Assembly (NCBI GenBank): GCA_965217035.1
Contig: OZ244226.1
Coordinates: 1,098,146-1,162,145 of the forward strand
Length of the DNA: 64,000 nt
Source of the DNA: Bacteriovoracaceae bacterium
GTDB lineage: Bacteria > Bdellovibrionota > Bacteriovoracia > Bacteriovoracales > Bacteriovoracaceae
Reading direction: 5' to 3'
Positions 52,449 to 62,281 of the stretch are shown here, one piece after another. Under the pieces are notes generated by a model that was given only the letters and a program-made list of their open reading frames with translations, did no database searches and was not told the DNA's origin. Every line of letters starts with the position of its first letter. Position 1 is the stretch's first letter. Position numbers and translations under genes: made by a program.

Positions 52449-54617
52449 ATGGACTGGATCAAGCAAGTAAAATCAGAAGATGTCTCGGATAAAATTCTTT
52501 CTTTTGAAGAGTATATGAACGCTTTTCAAAAGTTTCCTCAAAGAGAATGTCGACCATCATGTATCTATTTCAAAGACATGTTTGATTTCTTCGGAAAAAA
52601 TGAAGATGGATCCTTTAACCTTTTCAAGAAAGATCATCCTGAATCTTCGGCGGTTCAAGGACAAGAAGAAACTCAAAAACTTATTTATAGAAATTTAACT
52701 AATTTTACAGAAGAGGGATTTAATAATAAATTTCTTCTCTTAGTTGGCCCTAATGGTTCTTCTAAAACAAGTCTTGTTAATAAAATCATGAGAGCAGGAG
52801 AAGAATATAGCCATCTTGATGAAGGAGCACTTTATACCTTTAGCTGGATCTTCCCCATGGATAACTACACCAAAGGAACATTAGGCTTTGGACAAGAGGC
52901 TAGTAAAACAAAGCTTGATACATTTGCCTATATTGAGGAAAAAGATATAAGTGCTATTTTGACTTCGGATCTTAAAGATCATCCGCTACTTTTAATTCCT
53001 ATTGACCAAAGAAGAGAACTCATTAATGAAGCTCTTGGAGATAATTCTCCCCTTCTTGAATCCGTTCAAAAGTCATTTTTATACAATGGTGAACTTTCTA
53101 AAAGAAATAAAGTTATTTTTGACTCTCTTTTAAAGTCTTATAAAGGGAATTATTTTGATGTTTATAAGCACATCAGAGTTGAACGTTTTTATATCGATAA
53201 AAAGCTTTCACAAAGTGCCGTTACGATTGAACCCCAAATGCATGTAGATGCGAAAATCCAACAAATCACAATGGACAGAAGACTTGCTTCTCTTCCCGCT
53301 AGTTTGCAATCACAAAACTTATTCTCTCTTAATGGTGAGATCGTCATGGCCAATCGAGGAGTCTTAGAGTTTTCAGATCTTCTCAAAAGACCTATTGATG
53401 CTTTTAAATATCTTTTGACAACTATGGAGAATGGGACGATCAACCTTGGTGGAATTATAAGCCAGCTTGATATTTTCTTTGTAGGAACAACCAACGAACT
53501 TCATTTTAATGCCTTCAAACAGCATCCTGACTATAATTCGTTTCGGGGAAGATTTAATTTTATAAAAGTTCCTTATCTGCTTGATTATAAAAAAGAAGAG
53601 AAAATTTATGTCGAGCAAATCAAGAACTTAAAAGACCGTTGTCATTTTGAACAGCATAGTATTGAAGCCCTCTGTCTTTGGACAGTAATGACTCGCTTGA
53701 GGAAACCTCAAAATCAAAACTTTAAAGATAAAAAGCTAGGGATTCTTGCTTCGCGACTCAGCCCTATTGATAAAGCTTTATTTATTTCTTTGAATATCAC
53801 ACCTGAAGGAATGAATCTCAAAGAAAAACAAAGCTTAGTTGCTAATAAAAAAGAAATTAAAAAAGAGTTTTATAACGACCCAATGTACGAAGGAAAATTT
53901 GGGATTTCACCGAGAGAAATCAAACAAATTATTTATGATCTCTCTATTAATCATAAATATGTTACTTTTGCTGAAGTTATTGATTATTTAAAAGAGTTTA
54001 TTCAGAGAAAAAATGAATTTGACTTTCTTAGTATTGCACCTCAAGGAGATTATCATAATCCGATTAAATTTATTAACTTCATTGAAGAATATGTTTTTGA
54101 TCTTTTTGATTCAGAACTAAGAGATTGTCTTGGACTTATTGATGATCGTTCATACGAAGAATATATTTCGAAATATATTTATCAAGTTACGGCCCATATA
54201 AAAGGTGAAAAAATAAAAAATAAAGTAACAGGAAAATTTGAAGAAAGTGATATGTACTTTATTAAAGAATTTGAAAATAATATAAAGCTCAAGGATAAGT
54301 CTGAAGATTTCAGATCACATATTATTTCAAGGCTCGGAGCATTCTCCATAGATAATCCAGGTGCAGATATTGTCATGACTGATATTTTCCCTGACATTGT
54401 TAAGACGTTAAAAGAATCATTTAGAGATGAGCAAAAAAAGGTTATTAAGCGTGTTGGCGAAAACCTGGTTTATTACTTAGACGACAAAAAAGGAGCTCTT
54501 AAAAAAGATGCTCTCGATGAAATCGACATGATTGTGAATAATTTGATTGCCAAGTACGGCTATCGACAAGAAGGTGCCATAAGAATGTTGCAATATCTGA
54601 TTAAAACGAAGTATTAA
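52449..54617 (+). CDS. prkA: PrkA/YeaG family AAA+ serine protein kinase
   Basis: LVGPNGSSKT, ANRGVLEFSDLLK, KVPY, GISPRE. Confidence 0.85.
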   Translation: MDWIKQVKSEDVSDKILSFEEYMNAFQKFPQRECRPSCIYFKDMFDFFGKNEDGSFNLFKKDHPESSAVQGQEETQKLIYRNLTNFTEEGFNNKFLLLVGPNGSSKTSLVNKIMRAGEEYSHLDEGALYTFSWIFPMDNYTKGTLGFGQEASKTKLDTFAYIEEKDISAILTSDLKDHPLLLIPIDQRRELINEALGDNSPLLESVQKSFLYNGELSKRNKVIFDSLLKSYKGNYFDVYKHIRVERFYIDKKLSQSAVTIEPQMHVDAKIQQITMDRRLASLPASLQSQNLFSLNGEIVMANRGVLEFSDLLKRPIDAFKYLLTTMENGTINLGGIISQLDIFFVGTTNELHFNAFKQHPDYNSFRGRFNFIKVPYLLDYKKEEKIYVEQIKNLKDRCHFEQHSIEALCLWTVMTRLRKPQNQNFKDKKLGILASRLSPIDKALFISLNITPEGMNLKEKQSLVANKKEIKKEFYNDPMYEGKFGISPREIKQIIYDLSINHKYVTFAEVIDYLKEFIQRKNEFDFLSIAPQGDYHNPIKFINFIEEYVFDLFDSELRDCLGLIDDRSYEEYISKYIYQVTAHIKGEKIKNKVTGKFEESDMYFIKEFENNIKLKDKSEDFRSHIISRLGAFSIDNPGADIVMTDIFPDIVKTLKESFRDEQKKVIKRVGENLVYYLDDKKGALKKDALDEIDMIVNNLIAKYGYRQEGAIRMLQYLIKTKY

Positions 54618-54623
54618 ACTTCG

Positions 54624-55682
54624 ATGTCACAAAGAACAAAAAAATTCACGAAGGACAGTTATAACGTCACCTATAGTGTCAACTCTGAAAATGAAAATAA
54701 GAGGTTAGATCAATTTCTCCAAATCCATTTTTTAACTTTCTCTAGGCAGCAGATCAAAAAAGTTATAGAGGAAGGACGAATACGAATAGAAGGTAGAGAT
54801 CATAAACTTAAACCTTCGACTAAAGTGAAAGAACACGAAGTCGTCTATATTACAACGGAAAAAGAGGATCTTAAATCAGAAATCTGGAATGGCGAAGAAG
54901 TTCCTCAAGTAGAAACAGTTGAAGTTGTTTATGAAGATAGTGACGTTGTTGTGATTAATAAACCTCCCTTTATGTCGACTCACCCAACAGGAAAACATCT
55001 CTTTTATTGCGCAACTGTTTATCTAGAAGCTCAACTAGGAGCTCCCGTTTACTCTGTGCATAGACTTGATAGAGAAACATCAGGTGTTATTATTCTTTCT
55101 AAAAAAGCGAAATCTTCAGCTAGGCTTGTTAATGAATTTGAAAATAAAAGAGTTCAAAAAGTTTATTTCTTTATTGCTCATGAAAAACGAGAAAATCAAT
55201 TTCCATTTAGTGCCCATGAAAGACTCGGTCAAAAAATAGGATTTATTCCTGAACTTTATATGCATTGTTATGAGGAGAATTCTACAGAAGGAAAAGCTTC
55301 ACATACAGATTTTTACTTCTTAGAGAGAAGCAAAGGCTACATCCTGGGCCTAGCAGCACCTCGAACAGGTCGGCAACATCAGATTCGCTCTCATGCAGCC
55401 CATTATGGAATGCCCTTATTAGGTGACAAGCTCTATAATGGAGACCCTTCAGTCTTTACTCGATTTAAGGATAAAGTCGAGCAGCCTGCTGATAGAGATC
55501 TCATGCAAATACCGCGTCATGCCCTTCATGCTCTTGCTATCAAAATTCCTGAAATCTACCAAAAATCATTTCGGACTCAACTTCCATTAGATTTGAAGGA
55601 ATGGATTCAAAATAACCTTGATATTTCTCTTTCCGACTTGGATAAGAAAATAGTTGATTCGATAGAGGAAATTTTAGGATAG
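54624..55682 (+). CDS. RluA/RluD family pseudouridine synthase with S4 domain
   Basis: RLDQFL, NKP, HRLDRETSG, TGRQHQIR. Confidence 0.93.
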   Translation: MSQRTKKFTKDSYNVTYSVNSENENKRLDQFLQIHFLTFSRQQIKKVIEEGRIRIEGRDHKLKPSTKVKEHEVVYITTEKEDLKSEIWNGEEVPQVETVEVVYEDSDVVVINKPPFMSTHPTGKHLFYCATVYLEAQLGAPVYSVHRLDRETSGVIILSKKAKSSARLVNEFENKRVQKVYFFIAHEKRENQFPFSAHERLGQKIGFIPELYMHCYEENSTEGKASHTDFYFLERSKGYILGLAAPRTGRQHQIRSHAAHYGMPLLGDKLYNGDPSVFTRFKDKVEQPADRDLMQIPRHALHALAIKIPEIYQKSFRTQLPLDLKEWIQNNLDISLSDLDKKIVDSIEEILG

Positions 55683-55690
55683 GATAAGTC

Positions 55691-56833
55691 ATGACTTGGT
55701 TTACAATTTTAGCCCCTATTTTTATTTTTGCTCTATGGTATTTTTGTAGAAAGGTTTTAAAAAACTATTTTTTAACTCCATTCAATCTTTCTACTAAGTT
55801 TTTATACCCTTTGGATTTTCTCGTTCTAGCACCTCTTGTTCTCAGGTTTATGTATCGAATAAAACCGGAGCTCTATACTTCATTTATAGGGACTCTTGTT
55901 GGAATTAATTATATCCTTTTAGGAGTTTCTTGGATTGTTGTTAGTTATGGAATTCTTTTTTTCTTTTTGGAAAAAAAGTGGAAAAAAAATGAATCGAAAT
56001 ATAATCCATCGAGACGATTGTTTCTAAAAAAGAATCTTGCTTATTCTGGTTACGGAGTAATCGGTGCTGTTTCGACAGTAGGAGCCTATCAAGCTTACAA
56101 CCCTGAAATAGAAAAAGTTTCTGTTCCCTTAAAGGAGAAAGATAAAGCTCTTTCTGGTTTTAAAATTACTCAAATTTCGGATCTTCATATCGGTGCCTCA
56201 ATAGGGAAATCATTTATTGAGTATGTTGTTGAGGAATGCAATAAACTCGATTCTGATATCGTCGTTATTACTGGGGATATCGCTGATGGAACTCCAGAAG
56301 CTCTTGCCGATGACTTGGAACCTCTTAAAAACTTAAAATCAAGACAAGGAATTTATTACGTCAATGGAAATCATGAGTTTTATTGGGGAATAGATGCTTG
56401 GATGGAATATTTACCCAAACTTGGATTTGAGGTTTTAGACAATAGAAATAAAATAATCACTTTTAATAACACACCTATTTGTATTGCAGGGACAAATGAT
56501 TTTATTGCTCCTCGATTTTCAAAAAAATATAAATTTGATCCAAAGGCAGCTTTAGGTGCAATAGACAGAGAAATTTATTCAATTATGCTCACTCATCGCC
56601 CAAGAAGCTTTCCTTATACTCATCCTCTTAATATTAATCTTCAACTTTCTGGGCATACGCACGGAGGCCAAGCTTACCCATGGAATATCATAACTAAGTT
56701 CGTGCAACCCTATCTTGCAGGACTTTATGATCATGATGGAATGTGGATTTATGTGAATCGAGGAACAGGATTCTGGGGCCCACCCAATCGCATGGGTGTT
56801 GGAAGTGAAATTACACAACTAACATTAGGATAA
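55691..56833 (+). CDS. Membrane metallophosphoesterase (YkuE/YaeI-like)
   Basis: SDLH, TGD, GNHE, SGHTHGGQ. Confidence 0.92.
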   Translation: MTWFTILAPIFIFALWYFCRKVLKNYFLTPFNLSTKFLYPLDFLVLAPLVLRFMYRIKPELYTSFIGTLVGINYILLGVSWIVVSYGILFFFLEKKWKKNESKYNPSRRLFLKKNLAYSGYGVIGAVSTVGAYQAYNPEIEKVSVPLKEKDKALSGFKITQISDLHIGASIGKSFIEYVVEECNKLDSDIVVITGDIADGTPEALADDLEPLKNLKSRQGIYYVNGNHEFYWGIDAWMEYLPKLGFEVLDNRNKIITFNNTPICIAGTNDFIAPRFSKKYKFDPKAALGAIDREIYSIMLTHRPRSFPYTHPLNINLQLSGHTHGGQAYPWNIITKFVQPYLAGLYDHDGMWIYVNRGTGFWGPPNRMGVGSEITQLTLG

Positions 56834-56835
56834 TT

Positions 56836-57069
56836 ATGGAATTTAACAACGTTGAACTGGTTGGCTATATCGCCTCCGCACTTTTAATGGTTTCTTTTTC
56901 AATGAAGGACATTAAAAAATTAAGATTTATTAATTCTGGTGGATGCTTCTGCTTTATCGTTTATGGATTTCTTCTAAAAACTTCATGGCCGATCATTATT
57001 ACAAACGGCTATATCTTGGTGACTAATATTTGGCATCTCGTCAAAACAAGGCGCGAAGGGTCCAAGTAA
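56836..57069 (+). CDS. Small inner-membrane protein (YgjV-like)
   Basis: GYIAS, KLRFIN, FIVYG, WPIIITN; three TM segments. Confidence 0.7.
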   Translation: MEFNNVELVGYIASALLMVSFSMKDIKKLRFINSGGCFCFIVYGFLLKTSWPIIITNGYILVTNIWHLVKTRREGSK

Positions 57070-57132
57070 GCCATTTTGAACGGTGCTAATTGGCGCTAAC
57101 TTATGTCTACTCAAAATTAAGAACAGCTCAAT

Positions 57133-57148
57133 TGGCATCACACTTGCT
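57133..57148 (+). promoter_or_regulatory. Sigma54 (-24/-12) promoter
   Basis: TGGCATCACACTTGCT with exact GG-N10-GC spacing. Confidence 0.75.
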
Positions 57149-57204
57149 TTTTATAATAGGTAACGGGGTCCCCACCCCTAAACACTATTGAAAGGGAGAG
57201 AAAA

Positions 57205-57303
57205 ATGATTGCATTAATGACTTGTTTATTTGGAATGGCGCTATTCAACGCCTACCTTATGCAATCAAATTCTAGGGTGAAAGTTCGAGTCAAAAAGGAC
57301 TAA
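57205..57303 (+). CDS. 32-aa small membrane peptide MIALMTCLFGMALFNAYLMQSNSRVKVRVKKD (absent from ORF track)
   Basis: GGGAG RBS, upstream sigma54 promoter, downstream terminator, hydrophobic helix plus basic tail. Confidence 0.6.
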   Translation: MIALMTCLFGMALFNAYLMQSNSRVKVRVKKD

Positions 57304-57341
57304 TTAACCCACTACCTTTAATTTAGTTATCCCTCGATGAG

Positions 57342-57371
57342 AAGCCGAGTCCGACGCTCGGCTTTTTATTT
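57342..57371 (+). terminator. Intrinsic terminator
   Basis: AAGCCGAG-TCCGACG-CTCGGCTT followed by TTTATTT. Confidence 0.85.
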
Positions 57372-57410
57372 CTCTCAAGTCTCTTATTAACTTTCTCGAT
57401 AGATACCTAT

Positions 57411-57557
57411 ATGGAAGAGTTTGGCTACACAACTGAAGAACAGGTTAAGAATTGTAAGCCAGTTGCTGATGATGAGCCTATCATTAAGCTCGAGCAAGAC
57501 TCTAACCTCACTAAAATTGATATCAAGCAACTCAAGAAGACTTCGGGCGAGAAATAA
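57411..57557 (+). CDS. Possible 48-aa small protein (MEEFGYTTEEQVKNCKP...GEK)
   Basis: Open frame with protein-like composition; no SD; sigma28-like motif immediately upstream. Confidence 0.4.
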   Translation: MEEFGYTTEEQVKNCKPVADDEPIIKLEQDSNLTKIDIKQLKKTSGEK

Positions 57558-57718
57558 TTAATTCGATCTTAACTTTGCCATTTCTGCCACAATTTCTTGG
57601 CGGCTGCCTAAAACCCCAGAAACTTTAGCTTTTTTTTAAATTTATTGTATCTCTCTGAAATCAGACTATTTTGATTGAATTATCAATGATTCTTTATTCT
57701 TAGCCTTAAAATAAAATC

Positions 57719-57937
57719 ATGAGAATAGGATCAATTCCTGCTTATTATTTGTCAGTAGCGCAACTTGCTCTGAGAAAGCTAGATACGCCTGATAATCATC
57801 ATGCTCATCAACTGAAGATCATTTTAAAAAATGATCTCATTAGAAAGCTTAATGAGAATCGATTTGGATTAACGAAGTTTAATTATAATGTAGAGGATAT
57901 CAAAAATAATAGAATGATATTCACACAGAGATTTTAA
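57719..57937 (+). CDS. Hypothetical protein
   Basis: 72-aa ORF filling an otherwise empty gap and ending 3 nt from the arfB stop. Confidence 0.45.
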   Translation: MRIGSIPAYYLSVAQLALRKLDTPDNHHAHQLKIILKNDLIRKLNENRFGLTKFNYNVEDIKNNRMIFTQRF

Positions 57938-57940
57938 GTT

Positions 57941-58333
57941 TTAATAATCAAACTTCTTACGACTCTTTTTTATATCAGACTTAGATTTTTTGTCTTTTAA
58001 TCTCTTTTCGATCGCAGCCTTCTTAGGCTTAGTTTTTTTTCTTTTTTTAGGTTCTGAACGAACTGAATTCAGCATTTCTTTAAGCTTTTCTAAACAATCT
58101 TTTTTATTCTTAGACTGAGTTCTGTATCTTTGACTCGTAACTTTAAAAACTCCATCATTTGTTATGAATTGCCCGAAAGAGTTTCTAAAGCGCTCAAGAA
58201 CTCTCGAGTTTAAACTTGTCTCATTAATATTCCAAATTAAGGTGACTTTAGTATTGAGCTTATTAATATTCTGACCTCCTGCTCCTGCAGAACGACTATA
58301 AGAGAAAGAATACTCTGATTCAGGAACCTTCAT
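57941..58333 (-). CDS. arfB: Alternative ribosome rescue peptidyl-tRNA hydrolase ArfB
   Basis: SRSAGAGGQNINK (GGQ), SQRYRTQ, basic C-terminal tail. Confidence 0.92.
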   Translation of the reverse strand: MKVPESEYSFSYSRSAGAGGQNINKLNTKVTLIWNINETSLNSRVLERFRNSFGQFITNDGVFKVTSQRYRTQSKNKKDCLEKLKEMLNSVRSEPKKRKKTKPKKAAIEKRLKDKKSKSDIKKSRKKFDY

Positions 58334-58722
58334 GATAATAAAGGTTTTATATAAAGAATAAAGCAGCATCCAGAAGATATGATTAATGGCCACAAGGTCA
58401 ATTTCATTCCTAAGACTCTTTTCTCAAAGGTCTTCTCCTGATTTTTCATAGATAAGAAGTGCAGAATTCTTCCTGCTAGAAAAGCGACTCCTAAACTATG
58501 GATGAGCACTGAATAAGCTCCATTAACCTCAAGAATATAAAGCATAATTAAAAATAGAGGAACATAACTTGCAAAATTATTATGAGCACTTGTGAGGTGA
58601 AGAATTTCGTTATCGCTTCCAGGTCCAAGTGAAACTTTATTAGAACGACGACCTTTGATAACGGTTAATGAAATATAAAAATAGAGGAAGCCAAGGAGTG
58701 AGGCATAGAGTAGAATCGCCAT
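58330..58722 (-). CDS. MAPEG family membrane protein
   Basis: AHNNFASYVP, GRILH; several TM segments. Confidence 0.85.
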   Translation of the reverse strand: MAILLYASLLGFLYFYISLTVIKGRRSNKVSLGPGSDNEILHLTSAHNNFASYVPLFLIMLYILEVNGAYSVLIHSLGVAFLAGRILHFLSMKNQEKTFEKRVLGMKLTLWPLIISSGCCFILYIKPLLS

Positions 58723-59118
58723 TTATTCTTCTTTTTTACACATTGATTGAAGTATTTCATATCCTTCTTGTAAAACAGGATCAGCAAACGAATCGGACTT
58801 AGAATGACGATAGTTTCTTTTATACATGAAAAGTGAATCATTACAACTTGGATATTCTCTAATTAATTCCAAAACTTGTTGCAAACTGACAATAGCAGTT
58901 GTTAGATCAAGTGCCTGATCCAAGAGTTTCTCATTTTTAGTTTTTTTAAAATCTCTTTGAAGATCTTTTTGCTTTTTTATTAGACTTTTTAATTCTTTTT
59001 CAACATGAATAATTTTTTCTGATTTATTCGAACTACCTTTGACTTTACTAACTATAGCTTGGTCACCAAGTAAATTAAAAGAAAAAGTAATACTAAAGAT
59101 AAAAATTAAATTCCACAT
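58723..59118 (-). CDS. Hypothetical exported helical protein
   Basis: Signal-like N-terminus; abuts or overlaps both neighbours. Confidence 0.6.
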   Translation of the reverse strand: MWNLIFIFSITFSFNLLGDQAIVSKVKGSSNKSEKIIHVEKELKSLIKKQKDLQRDFKKTKNEKLLDQALDLTTAIVSLQQVLELIREYPSCNDSLFMYKRNYRHSKSDSFADPVLQEGYEILQSMCKKEE

Positions 59119-60407
59119 TTTACTTTTAATCCTTTTGCTGCAAGTTTTTCTTCGATCTTTTTCCTATCGCTATCAATTTTACTAACATATCCTCCAAGCT
59201 CTCTTTGCTTATTCCTTTTTCTTTTTTCTCTTGTCGCAGCAGGAAGCTTTTTGGATCCACCATAAACATCAGGAAATTTACCTGTGTATCGTATATAATC
59301 AGCAAGTTCATTTTTAAAGATCTCAGAAGAAAAGCTTGAGAATCCCCCCTTCATTACAGAAGTAAATTTCTTACCTGTTCGTTTATCAGCAAACTTTACT
59401 TTTGTACCGTCTTCTCTAGCATTTTTCGTGACAAAATAATTTCTCAAGATCTGCTTTACCCCTCCGGGTCCACCATTATAGATATACTTCGTGATCGTTT
59501 TTACAACATGATATTTACTTACTTTTTTCTTAACATCATCAGTAAAAAGTTCTTTATAATACTTTTCAGCAAGTCTCGCATAATACTTATGCAAGAGAGC
59601 CCCATAAAGCATTGACCTCAAAGGGTTTTTGGGAAATGCGCTTCTTTCACATGCAGTAAGACTTCTATAAGGAAAAGGAGTTTTTAATGTTCCTCTAATT
59701 CGAGAGCAAGCGTTTTCTTTTTCAGATACCTTGTAACCTAGTCTTTTCTCATAATCCTTCTCAAGAAAGGTAAAATCTTTGTTCCCTTTGGTTCTATTGA
59801 TTCTATGGTTTATATTAACTTGTTTAGCAGCTATCGAGGATAATTGTGCTATACCATAAACTCCTAAGCTATTTCCAATATTGGGTATGAATTTGGATTC
59901 ATGATTAACCATAGAAAAGTACACTCCTTTATCAATACCAACGCAATCACTTACTGTTAAAAATGTTTTATAAATCGTTTCATGGAGCTCTTTTGTAAGA
60001 CATGGTGATTGATAAACTTTTCCAGCAGAGTTTTTTATTTTCCTCTTAGCATTCAAGCGAGCCTCAGAGGATTTTCCAGGACAAACAGCATATCGTGTTC
60101 CAATATTGTTTCCTTTCTTAGATAACCTTGCTCTTAGCTTATTCGCCTTCATGCTTTCATAGATGCAAAGACTAGTTGAATCTGTGAGATCAGAAATTTT
60201 TTTGATATTGTCTTTATTCGCCTTACTGATCAAGGTCGATGTATCACAATCTTCATATTGACCAAAGAAGGTTGGATTCCCATTTTTAAAATTCACGACT
60301 TGTTTTTGAAGATAGTTATTAGTCGAATTGCAATTTTTGGCAAATTCATATTCGAAAGAATGAGCGACTAAGACACTCAAGGGGAATAGAGCAATAATAA
60401 GTTTCAC
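59106..60407 (-). CDS. Secreted lytic transglycosylase (SLT-domain) protein
   Basis: Signal peptide; HESKF...GVYGIAQL catalytic motif; YNGGPG. Confidence 0.78.
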   Translation of the reverse strand: MKLIIALFPLSVLVAHSFEYEFAKNCNSTNNYLQKQVVNFKNGNPTFFGQYEDCDTSTLISKANKDNIKKISDLTDSTSLCIYESMKANKLRARLSKKGNNIGTRYAVCPGKSSEARLNAKRKIKNSAGKVYQSPCLTKELHETIYKTFLTVSDCVGIDKGVYFSMVNHESKFIPNIGNSLGVYGIAQLSSIAAKQVNINHRINRTKGNKDFTFLEKDYEKRLGYKVSEKENACSRIRGTLKTPFPYRSLTACERSAFPKNPLRSMLYGALLHKYYARLAEKYYKELFTDDVKKKVSKYHVVKTITKYIYNGGPGGVKQILRNYFVTKNAREDGTKVKFADKRTGKKFTSVMKGGFSSFSSEIFKNELADYIRYTGKFPDVYGGSKKLPAATREKRKRNKQRELGGYVSKIDSDRKKIEEKLAAKGLKVKCGI

Positions 60408-60622
60408 TTCTCTATTGTCATTGAAATTAAAATTTTGAGCAACGGAGCAGCAAAAGAAGCCTCTTAAAATAAGTATTGTCGAGTTATTTAGTCTACCAAA
60501 AAATTGATCAATGGACTTGTGATAATTTATCGATTAAATATATATAAATTGTCTAAGAGGTTAACTTTGCTCAGTATTGTATGATGTCATAGATATATAT
60601 CATAAAAGTCCTCGGATAATTA

Positions 60623-62272
60623 ATGAAAGAGAGAATTCGGTATAGTGAAATTCTGGCGAAATTAAAAATTATTCTCCAGCCGGAGACTTCTTTTTTTATG
60701 ACCGCTATTATTTATGGAGTTGGCGTCAGTCTCTTGATGCTCGCTCTTCCTGTTTCCGTACAAGCTCTTATCAACACAGTAACCTTTGGAGTTGTTCTTC
60801 AACCTCTCGTCATTTTGAGTATTGTTCTTTTAGGATTGCTCTTATTTTCAAGTTGCTTAAATGCTTTTCAAACTTTTACAATCGAGTCTTTCCAGCATCA
60901 TTTCTTTGCGCGAATGAGTTCAGACATTGTTCGTAAAATTCTCGATGCTTCATCTAAAAAACTTAAAGAGCACGAAGGTCACAATCTCGTTAATCGCTAT
61001 TTTGATATTATGACAATTCAAAAGAGTATGACGTCTCTTCTGACAGGCGGAGTCTCTCTTGTCATGCAAACAACAGTTGGTTTGATTTTACTTGCTTTCT
61101 ATCACCCCTACTTTCTCGTTTTTGACATCATACTTATTATTTGTGTCTATTTGATATGGAATTATTATGCTCGGGCAGGTTTTGAGACGGCCGTTGCTGA
61201 GTCCAAAGCAAAATACCAAATGGGATTCAGTTTAGATGAAATTGTTAAGCTAGAGTCCTTTGGAAAGTCTCAACTAAAAAGAGAAAAAATAATTGAAAGA
61301 GCCGATAGCAAAATTAAAGACTATATCGTAAAACGAAGAAAACATTTCAAGCATATCTTTCAACAGCATATTCTTTTACTCCTACTCTATTCGTTTATGA
61401 GTGCTCTCATTTTAGGACTTGGAGGATATCTCGTTATTGCTCAACAGCTCTCTTTGGGCCAGCTTGTTGCAGCGGAACTTGTTGTAACAGTTATCCTTGC
61501 TTCCTTTACCAAAGCTCATAAATATATCGAATCTCTTTATGATTTATATGCTGCTGCCGACAAGCTTGCTCTTTTCTATGAAATTCCAAAAGAAGAAAAT
61601 CTTTATCAAAGTGAAGAATCAATTGCCACTGGAAATATCGTTTTTAATAAAACCGTCGTAAATCTTGAAAATTCCAAATATGAATTTCATAAAACATTTG
61701 AAGAATCTAAGAAATATCTTATTCATTCTTCTCATTACACCTATAGCGCTATCTTTATGGAACTTTTGCAAGGAGTAACCAGTCCTAGTCAAGGTTCTTT
61801 ATTTTACGGAGAACAACATTTCGGAGAGCTTCCTCTCCCAGCATTAAGAGATCATATCTATGTTGTTGATAAACCATATCTCATTGCAGGAACAATACAA
61901 GATAATCTGAGTTTTGGTAATCCTGATTATTCGAGAAGTGAAGCTCGCGAGGCTCTTAGAACTTGTAATCTTGAAGTTGTTGAAGATTATTTTAAAAAAG
62001 GTCTTAATACAGAAATCCAATCAAGTGGTTATCCTTTATGGAGCAATCAAATTTATAGATTGGAACTTGCAAGACTTCTTATGAGTCCGGCAGATGTCAT
62101 TGTTGTCTCAAGATTTTTTGATCAAATTGGACCAAAAAGAAGAAATAATTTTTTAAAGAAGATCTTTGAAACAAATAAAACACTTATATTGATCAGCAAT
62201 CATGAATATCCTGAGTTTAAATTTGATGAATATCTTCATTTTAAAGACGGACAAATCGTTCAGGGAAGCTAG
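60623..62272 (+). CDS. Type I secretion-like ABC protein with degenerate NBD
   Basis: TMD (LVNRYFD, LGQLVAAEL) followed by an NBD lacking Walker A/B and LSGGQ. Confidence 0.8.
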   Translation: MKERIRYSEILAKLKIILQPETSFFMTAIIYGVGVSLLMLALPVSVQALINTVTFGVVLQPLVILSIVLLGLLLFSSCLNAFQTFTIESFQHHFFARMSSDIVRKILDASSKKLKEHEGHNLVNRYFDIMTIQKSMTSLLTGGVSLVMQTTVGLILLAFYHPYFLVFDIILIICVYLIWNYYARAGFETAVAESKAKYQMGFSLDEIVKLESFGKSQLKREKIIERADSKIKDYIVKRRKHFKHIFQQHILLLLLYSFMSALILGLGGYLVIAQQLSLGQLVAAELVVTVILASFTKAHKYIESLYDLYAAADKLALFYEIPKEENLYQSEESIATGNIVFNKTVVNLENSKYEFHKTFEESKKYLIHSSHYTYSAIFMELLQGVTSPSQGSLFYGEQHFGELPLPALRDHIYVVDKPYLIAGTIQDNLSFGNPDYSRSEAREALRTCNLEVVEDYFKKGLNTEIQSSGYPLWSNQIYRLELARLLMSPADVIVVSRFFDQIGPKRRNNFLKKIFETNKTLILISNHEYPEFKFDEYLHFKDGQIVQGS

Positions 62273-62281
62273 GAGTAGAAC

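Noticed and set aside
60520..60532. GATAA-T-TTATC dyad upstream of the ABC exporter as a Fur box
   Set aside because: Too short and AT-rich to distinguish from background.
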